The notes under the pieces: model-generated
The model's input: only the letters and a program-made list of their open reading frames with translations
Told to the model about the DNA's origin: nothing
Database searches by the model: none
Made by a program: the position numbers and the translations under genes
From: Sulfolobus acidocaldarius DSM 639
GTDB taxonomy: Archaea; Thermoproteota; Thermoprotei_A; Sulfolobales; Sulfolobaceae
Reading direction: 5' to 3'
Length of the DNA stretch: 32,000 nt
NCBI RefSeq assembly: GCF_000012285.1
Contig: NC_007181.1
Span: 1,830,001 to 1,862,000 of the forward strand
Part shown: piece by piece, positions 25,837-32,000 of the stretch
How positions within the stretch are numbered: the first letter of the stretch is position 1
Layout: each line of letters begins with the position of its first letter

Positions 25837-26316
25837 TCACTCTAGAATTGTAGCGCCCCACGCCTTATGGGATCTTATTGCAAAATTTATCTTGTAATCC
25901 ATCACAGCATCGTGATTGATTATAGTTAAAATCTCCTCCTTTAACTGAACTGGATCAGAATGAAAAACTCTTACCAGAAGATCCCATTCTCCTACATATT
26001 CAGATATCTCATAAATTAGTTCATTGGAAAGCAAAGACTTTATGTAGGTCTGTCTTAGTTCTTTTACATTCTTTAATTTCACAAGTACATCAGCATAAGG
26101 TACACCTAGATTTTGAAGAACTACAACTCCTATGACTTTCAGAATTTTCTTATTTTCTAATCTCAACCTTCTCATTCTAATAGTAGTTTTTGATAATCCT
26201 ATTTCTCTAGCTATCTTAGCATCTGAAGTGTTAGCGTTGTTATTCAATATTTTTAAAATCTTAATGTCCTTTTCATCAAGGTATTTAGAAAGTATATCTT
26301 CCCATTTTTTTGCCAT
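25837..26316 (-). CDS. Lrp/AsnC-family transcriptional regulator
   Basis: DEKDIKILKILNNNANTSDAKIAREIGLSKTTIRMRRLRLE (HTH) followed by a RAM-type C-terminal domain (ADVLVKLK...LLVRVFHSD). It is divergent from hyuA. Confidence 0.85.
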   Translation of the reverse strand: MAKKWEDILSKYLDEKDIKILKILNNNANTSDAKIAREIGLSKTTIRMRRLRLENKKILKVIGVVVLQNLGVPYADVLVKLKNVKELRQTYIKSLLSNELIYEISEYVGEWDLLVRVFHSDPVQLKEEILTIINHDAVMDYKINFAIRSHKAWGATILE

Positions 26317-26423
26317 TTCATGTCAACTATAATTTTTTAAAAATAAAAACCTTATACTCCTTGTTCTTTGAATGGATTTAGTAGTTCAAAAGACTATGTG
26401 TTATTAAACTTTAGAAAACAAAT

Positions 26424-26435
26424 CCTTAAATTTTT
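26424..26435 (+). promoter_or_regulatory. Putative hyuAB TATA box
   Basis: CCTTAAATTTTT is centred about 26 nt upstream of the ATG at 26455. Confidence 0.3.
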
Positions 26436-26454
26436 GTAGATATCCAATTAAATA

Positions 26455-28497
26455 ATGATAAGAATTGGAATAGACATAGGAGGCGCATTTACGGACTTGG
26501 TGTATTATGACCAGAGCAATGATGAGTTCGAGTGGATCAAAGTAGAGACTACTACGCAAGATCCTTCGATAGGCGTAATAAGAGCTGTAGATGAATCAAA
26601 AGTCGATTTGAAAAATGCAAACGAGATTATTCACGGTCAAACGTTAGCTATAAACACTATAATAGAGAGAAAGGGAGCTAAAGTAGGGCTTATTACTACG
26701 AAGGGATTTAGAGATATTCTTGAAATACAAAGAGCAAATAGGAGAGACATGTATAATTTCAAGTATAAGAAACCAGAATCATTTGTTCCAAGATATTTAA
26801 GAAGAGAAGTAAGTGAAAGGATATCGTCATCTGGAGAGATAATATCGCCTTTAAAGATTGAAGAATTAAAAATAGTGGTTAACGATCTTGTAAAAAAAGG
26901 TGTGGAATCTATTGCTGTCTCCCTCATAAACTCATATGTTAATTCTGCTCATGAATTAAAAGTAAAGGAATTATTAAAGGAAATTCTAGGGGATAGCGTT
27001 TTCATCAGTCTCTCGCATGAGATTACTAGAGAATGGGGAGAATATGAGAGAACAAATACAGTAGTGCTGAACGCCTATATTAAACCTAAGATGAACAACT
27101 ATTTGAGAAAGCTAAAAAAAGAGATAGATAAAAGAGGATTTAAAGGGAAATATTACGCTATGCTCTCGAACGGTGGGATGGCCACATTTGATTTCACTAT
27201 GGACTTTCCTATCACCACATTAGAATCCGGTCCAGTGGCAGGTATAATAGGGGCTATCGCAATAGGCGAGTTGGCTCATGAGAAAAACATCATAGGATTA
27301 GATGGGGGAAGTACTACTACTAAGGCCAGCCTCGTAGAGAACTTAATGCCTAATATTATAACTGATTATTATATTGAAAGGAATCCATATTCACCAGGCT
27401 ATCCTGTAAAAGTTCCTACAATAGATATTGTAGAGGTAGGAAATGGGGGTACCAGTATTGCATGGATCGACGAGATAGATAATCTCAAAGTAGGACCAAG
27501 GGCAGCTGGTTCATATCCTGGACCAGCTGCATATGGTAGAGGAGCAACTGAGCCGACTGTCACCGATGCATATATTCTCTCTGGGCTACTCAATCCTAAT
27601 GAGCTATTAGGAGGAAAATTGAAAGTGAGAAGAGACCTAGCAGAGAAAGCCATAAAAAGGATAGCAGATCACTATAAAATCTCTGTTGATGAAGCAGCTG
27701 AAGGCATAGTAAGATTAGCGAATAATAACGCGGTAAATGTAATAAGATTAGTTTCTGTTCAAAGAGGATATGACCCTAGAGACTTTGTTCTAATTGCATA
27801 TGGAGGTTCTGGACCAATGTTTGCTCCTTTCATAGCTGAAGAATTAGACTTAAAGAAAGTTATAGTACCTTTTGTACCACCTGGTGTGTTTTCTGCTTGG
27901 GGAATGCTAGTAGCCGATATTAGGCATGACTTAGTTAAAACTGAATTGGTTAGGATAGACAAGGAAGATGCCATCAATAAAATTAATAGTGTATTTGATG
28001 AATTGGAGAAAAAGATTTTGCAATTCTTTGCCTCAGAGGGATTTAATGCAAATGATGTCATGATATTTAGAGAAGCAGAAATGAGATATTATGGGCAATC
28101 ACATACAGTCAAGGTTAACGTTATGAACGGAGAATTAAGAGATAAAGAGATTGGTGAAATAATAAATAAATTCCACTTGCAACATGAGGCGACCTACTCC
28201 TTTAAATCGGCTAGTCCTATAGAAATCGTTAACTTCCGTGTATATGGAATAATTAGAGCAAAAAAGGTACCATTATTAAAGCGTAAACTAAACGGTAATA
28301 GTATTAAGGAAAGTACTAGAAACGTATTCATAAATGGCAAATACGAGGAGTTTAAAGTCTACGATAAGTCTACATTGTCTACAGACTGTAAAGTTCATGG
28401 TCCTGCTATATTAGAAGATCCAACATCAACGATAATAATACTTAAGGGACAAAGAGGGGAAATAGACGATTATGGTAATGTAATAATTACGAGGTGA
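26455..28497 (+). CDS. hyuA: Hydantoinase/oxoprolinase/acetone-carboxylase family, A (beta) subunit
   Basis: MIRIGIDIGGAFTDLV, TTKGFRDILEIQR, GLDGGSTTTKAS and IAYGGSGPMFAP. The 680-aa length is typical of HyuA. Confidence 0.85.
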   Translation: MIRIGIDIGGAFTDLVYYDQSNDEFEWIKVETTTQDPSIGVIRAVDESKVDLKNANEIIHGQTLAINTIIERKGAKVGLITTKGFRDILEIQRANRRDMYNFKYKKPESFVPRYLRREVSERISSSGEIISPLKIEELKIVVNDLVKKGVESIAVSLINSYVNSAHELKVKELLKEILGDSVFISLSHEITREWGEYERTNTVVLNAYIKPKMNNYLRKLKKEIDKRGFKGKYYAMLSNGGMATFDFTMDFPITTLESGPVAGIIGAIAIGELAHEKNIIGLDGGSTTTKASLVENLMPNIITDYYIERNPYSPGYPVKVPTIDIVEVGNGGTSIAWIDEIDNLKVGPRAAGSYPGPAAYGRGATEPTVTDAYILSGLLNPNELLGGKLKVRRDLAEKAIKRIADHYKISVDEAAEGIVRLANNNAVNVIRLVSVQRGYDPRDFVLIAYGGSGPMFAPFIAEELDLKKVIVPFVPPGVFSAWGMLVADIRHDLVKTELVRIDKEDAINKINSVFDELEKKILQFFASEGFNANDVMIFREAEMRYYGQSHTVKVNVMNGELRDKEIGEIINKFHLQHEATYSFKSASPIEIVNFRVYGIIRAKKVPLLKRKLNGNSIKESTRNVFINGKYEEFKVYDKSTLSTDCKVHGPAILEDPTSTIIILKGQRGEIDDYGNVIITR

Positions 28498-28502
28498 TAT
28501 GA

Positions 28503-30227
28503 ATGGATCAATTTACCTTAGAAATAATTAAGAACGGACTAATAGTAGCTTCTGAAGAAATGTTTTACGCTTTCGGTAGAACCGCCAGAAGTCCTGTAAT
28601 ATATGAAGTGTTAGATTTCGCTGTAGGTATAACTGATAAGTATGGTAGAGGTCTTGTGGTACAAGCTCCAGGTGTCCCAGGATTTTCTGGAGTGTTGGAT
28701 TTTACCATAAGGGAAGTAATGGCTAAGTGGAAAGATGAGATAAAACCTGGCGATATGATTGCTACTAATATACCATATGATGGTGGAACTCACTTAAACG
28801 ATGTAGCTCTGATAATGCCGATGTTTTATAAGGATATTCTCCTAGGCTTCATTGTTAATAAAGGACATTGGAGTGAAATAGGAGGAATGCATTTTGGGAG
28901 TTGGACGTCAGACGCTACCGAAATATATCAAGAAGGACTTCAGTTACCTTCCATAAAATTATTCATAGAAGGTAAACCCAATAGAGATGTAATTGACATT
29001 ATAAAGGCTAATTCCAGAATGCCTGATGCCACATTAGGGGACATGGATGCACAATTAGCATCAATGAGAGTAGCATACAGGAGAGTTCAGAGGTTGGTCA
29101 TGAAATATGGCGTTGATAACGTTTTAACGGCGATGGATAAGCTAATAGAAGATGGAGAGAGATTAAGTAAGTTGAGACTGAAGGAGCTACCTAAGGGTGT
29201 ATACGAGGCAGAAGATTACATAGACGATGATGGAATATCTGATAATCCAGTTTATGTGAAAGTAAAAGTTACCATTACTGAGGATAAATTTATAGCTGAC
29301 TTCACTGGAAGTTCTAGGCAGGTTAGAGGACCAATAAATTCTCCATTACCTGCAACAGTCTCTGCAGTGAGAGAAATATATATGGCAGTTACAGATCCTT
29401 ATGCTCCGCCTAATGCTGGGTATTTTAAACCTCTAGAAGTAATAGCTCCAGAGGGTAGTATATTTAATCCTAGTAGACCAGCTCCAACATCAACCTATTG
29501 GGAGTCGATGTCGTATGCTACAGATTTAATATGGAAAGCGTTAGCTCCTCACGTTAACGGAAGACTTCCAGCCGGACATTTCTTATCAATTCTCGCTACC
29601 ATACTAGGGGGTGTTAAGGAAGATGGAGAACCTTTTGCAATTGTGGAACCACAGCCTGGAGGATGGGGAGCAAGTAATAATTCCGATGGAGAAAGTGGAC
29701 TGGTAGCTAGTGGGGATGGAGAAACATATATAGCTTCAGCTGAAGTGTACGAAAAGAGGATGCCAATTCTAGTAGATAGATTGGAATTAAACGTTAGTGA
29801 TGGAACTGGTCATGGAAAATATAGAGGAGGATTTGGAATAATAAAGGACTACATCGTAATGAGTGAACAAGCTTACCTCACAGTTTCAATAGGGAGGTCA
29901 AAGTACCCTACATGGGGAGTTGAGGGTGGAATGAATGGGACGCCAAATTATTGTATGATATTTAAGAGAGGAGAAGAACCTAAGAGGATGAGAAAAGTAG
30001 CCTCATTATTGCTTTATAAAGGTGATAAAGTAAGTTTAAGAAGCGGAGGAGGTGGAGGTTGGGGTAATCCAGCGGAAAGAGATCCCAATCTGGTTTTAAA
30101 TGATGTACTCAACGAATATATTAGTGTAGAAGACGCTGAAAAGATCTATAAGGTAAAAATTAAGGAAACTAACGGAATCTATGAGATAGACTGGGAAGGA
30201 ACTAAGAAGATAAGGATTAACAAGTAA
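28503..30227 (+). CDS. hyuB: Hydantoinase/oxoprolinase family, B (alpha) subunit
   Basis: DQFTLEIIKNGLIVASEEM, YDGGTHLNDVALIMP, GDMDAQLASMRV and GGGGWGNPAERDP (conserved HyuB C-terminus). It lies 5 nt downstream of hyuA. Confidence 0.85.
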   Translation: MDQFTLEIIKNGLIVASEEMFYAFGRTARSPVIYEVLDFAVGITDKYGRGLVVQAPGVPGFSGVLDFTIREVMAKWKDEIKPGDMIATNIPYDGGTHLNDVALIMPMFYKDILLGFIVNKGHWSEIGGMHFGSWTSDATEIYQEGLQLPSIKLFIEGKPNRDVIDIIKANSRMPDATLGDMDAQLASMRVAYRRVQRLVMKYGVDNVLTAMDKLIEDGERLSKLRLKELPKGVYEAEDYIDDDGISDNPVYVKVKVTITEDKFIADFTGSSRQVRGPINSPLPATVSAVREIYMAVTDPYAPPNAGYFKPLEVIAPEGSIFNPSRPAPTSTYWESMSYATDLIWKALAPHVNGRLPAGHFLSILATILGGVKEDGEPFAIVEPQPGGWGASNNSDGESGLVASGDGETYIASAEVYEKRMPILVDRLELNVSDGTGHGKYRGGFGIIKDYIVMSEQAYLTVSIGRSKYPTWGVEGGMNGTPNYCMIFKRGEEPKRMRKVASLLLYKGDKVSLRSGGGGGWGNPAERDPNLVLNDVLNEYISVEDAEKIYKVKIKETNGIYEIDWEGTKKIRINK

Positions 30228-30699
30228 TTTTATTATATCATTATTATATAAATTGATATTTATGAAGAAAATAATTATTTTTATTTATTTTTTAGTTAAT
30301 TATATGTCTCATCATGTCCCAAGACGGCGAGTTGATTCAATTCCTTAATATGAATTGCAGGACTTATAGATTTTCCTCAAGTTTATTGACCCTTTTTCAT
30401 TTAAATCAAAGGTCACCGCCACGACATAACAGGAATTTACATGAATTGAGAAAGGAAAGTGAAAGGATTGATATATTTAGACTAGTTGAAGTATATTTTA
30501 GTAACAAAAGCCTACTCTCTTTCAAATTCTCAATTCTTTAAGTCTGAATAACAACTTAAACTTTTACGCTTTTTACCCTACAATAGATAGGTTAACCAGT
30601 TACCTAATACCATGAGTTAAAATGTAATGACGGTATTTTTATTTTGACATAAATTGAATTTCTTTGTATGTGAGAGCAAAACAAGTGTTTTTAGTTTGA

Positions 30700-31290
30700 G
30701 GGCGAGAAGTAGTTAGAGGGCGAGGAAACTTGAATAGGTTTTAGTTCCTTAACCTTACTTGATTGAGAAAACACTAGTATCCAGAAGCTTAAAGTTAACG
30801 AGCCTTGGCTACCATAAAACCTACAAGACGGTCAAAAATATTCCTCATAATAATTTACTCGAAAAATCTATCAACATGAGTTGGGATTTGGTCGTTGATT
30901 GTATATCAGTAAAACGTATCTCCGGTCTCTTAACTAATTACCCACTACCCTGAAGTTAATGAGCATTCATTTAACGTAGCTAGATAGTTCTCTAGACATC
31001 TTGCCTTCAATTATTTTTCCTAAGTGACGGTTTGCCTCTTGTCATTAGAGGCTCTGTTAAATTGAGGGCCTTTTACCTGGTTCGCCGATAGTGAATCTCG
31101 TAAACGTTAAATTGGTTTAGCCTCGAGGTAAAACCTATTCTCTGCATACAAATCCCTTAGTTCTCGTAACTCGGTCTCATACAAGTAGTCGAAGCCTAAA
31201 CAGGTCGTCTCTAATAACTTTTGCGTGAAAGGAAAAGTTAGCGAGAAACACAAGGTTTAATCAGCTTGAATCGAGCCTCAAGTGTATTTT
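30700..31290 (-). pseudogene. Possible decayed RAMP (Cas7-like) gene downstream of the intact type III gene
   Basis: No ORF longer than 75 aa. Minus-strand frame fragments read TLEARFKLIKPCVSR (31238-31285), LETTCLGFDYLYETELRELRDLYAENRFYLEAKPI, and PSCRFYGSQGSLTLSFW (30781-30831). The last resembles NCPVERLYGSEYFASALTISD of the neighbouring intact RAMP. The fragments occur in the same order as in that protein. Confidence 0.25.
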
Positions 31291-31363
31291 TGTGTATATC
31301 TTTATCTTACTTAAAACTATAAAAAACAAGTGGTCTTTGCAATAGAATTTTCCCTCTCTCCTC

Positions 31364-32000
31364 TCACTTTACCTGGGTCAATTTGTCCTGAAGGGGTGCG
31401 AATTTAGGTTGGTCATAAATGTCTTTAATTTCGGCGAACTGGCTTTCCTTCTGGTCTAACACCATTAAACCTATTCCCCTGGACTTCCCACCGCCGACGA
31501 ATGTGCCCACATTGACCATGAACTTTAAGGTCTTTAGCCATAATTCGCTCTGTCCTGCCTGTTTACTGTTTCCCTGACTACTGTCTCTCAATACCACATT
31601 GACGTCTATTTTATATACGTTGAGTATCTCCTCTGTGAAAAGGTGTCCCTCTAAATTCTTTTTATTCTTCCTGTCAATGACCACATGCGTCCTCTCCACT
31701 ATATCAGCCTGCCTTATAACACTATCTGAAATAGTTAAAGCAGAGGCAAAGTACTCACTTCCATATAACCTCTCCACAGGACAGTTCCACAGTAAATATA
31801 ACCTCACCATTTCTTTCCTGTCATTCGAATCCTCTAGTCCCTTACTCTTCAGTATTTTCTTAAACCTCATATCAAAGCAGTTTGAATTGAGGCAGCTTTC
31901 GATTTGTTTCAACTCGTTCTGATATCTACTCAGGTCCTCAACAGGGTGCTCCTCCATATGGTCTTTGTCGTTAACTATCATCTCACTCACTCTCCTGAAT
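31364..32000 (-). CDS. Type III CRISPR-associated RAMP protein (Cas7 group: Csm3/Cmr4/Csx7/Cmr6-like); the 5' end probably lies beyond the window
   Basis: CPVERLYGS...LTISD (RAMP C-x-x-x-LFG motif), THVVIDRKNKKNLEGHLFTEE (IDR...LF.E core) and a C-terminal Gly-rich loop VGGGKSRGIGL. The reading frame stays open to base 32000 upstream of the GTG at 31990, and the canonical N-terminal strand is not seen. Confidence 0.75.
   Translation of the reverse strand, partial: FRRVSEMIVNDKDHMEEHPVEDLSRYQNELKQIESCLNSNCFDMRFKKILKSKGLEDSNDRKEMVRLYLLWNCPVERLYGSEYFASALTISDSVIRQADIVERTHVVIDRKNKKNLEGHLFTEEILNVYKIDVNVVLRDSSQGNSKQAGQSELWLKTLKFMVNVGTFVGGGKSRGIGLMVLDQKESQFAEIKDIYDQPKFAPLQDKLTQVK

Noticed and set aside
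30314-30541. 75-aa ORF, and a 64-aa ORF at 30759-30953, in the tract between hyuB and the RAMP gene.
   Set aside because: Neither has a promoter at leaderless distance, a recognisable motif or normal composition. The region is better explained as decayed sequence (see the RAMP-remnant finding).

Overview
The window looks like a Sulfolobales-type crenarchaeal chromosome segment. Evidence: the CRISPR repeat family, IS607/TnpB elements, a PF01637-type 'archaeal ATPase', and A/T-rich BRE/TATA boxes about 25-30 nt upstream of apparently leaderless start codons. It runs from the trailer end of a CRISPR array (1-102) to the distal gene of a type III cas operon (31364 to the window edge, minus strand).

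Contents from left to right:
(1) A radical-SAM-like gene that has lost its Cys triad.
(2) A tightly coupled five-gene polyphosphate module: SixA-like histidine phosphatase, PPX exopolyphosphatase, two tandem thymidylate-kinase-like proteins, and a CHAD protein.
(3) An accessory stretch: an intact IS607-family element (tnpA + tnpB + likely omega-RNA), membrane proteins, an archaeal ATPase, an all-TPR protein, a GT2 glycosyltransferase, a NiCoT nickel/cobalt transporter, a 5'-truncated tnpB relic, VapBC, and a decayed acyl-CoA synthetase fragment.
(4) A block of about 16 kb with clearly lower G+C (about 14.6-30.7 kb). It carries a glycerol catabolic module (CoxG-like protein, G3P dehydrogenase, GlpK, and a GlpF with non-canonical NPA boxes). 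It also carries a poorly characterised cyclic-amide ('hydantoinase') cluster: NCS1 permease, a small membrane protein, two DUF917 paralogues, a short HyuA-like protein, an Lrp regulator, and HyuA/HyuB.
(5) A 1.1-kb ORF-free tract with what look like remnants of a second RAMP gene.

The best candidates for new biology are the polyphosphate operon (especially its SixA and CHAD members and the asymmetric kinase-like pair) and the DUF917/hydantoinase cluster. All calls rest on reading the sequence and translated ORFs by eye. No database search was run.
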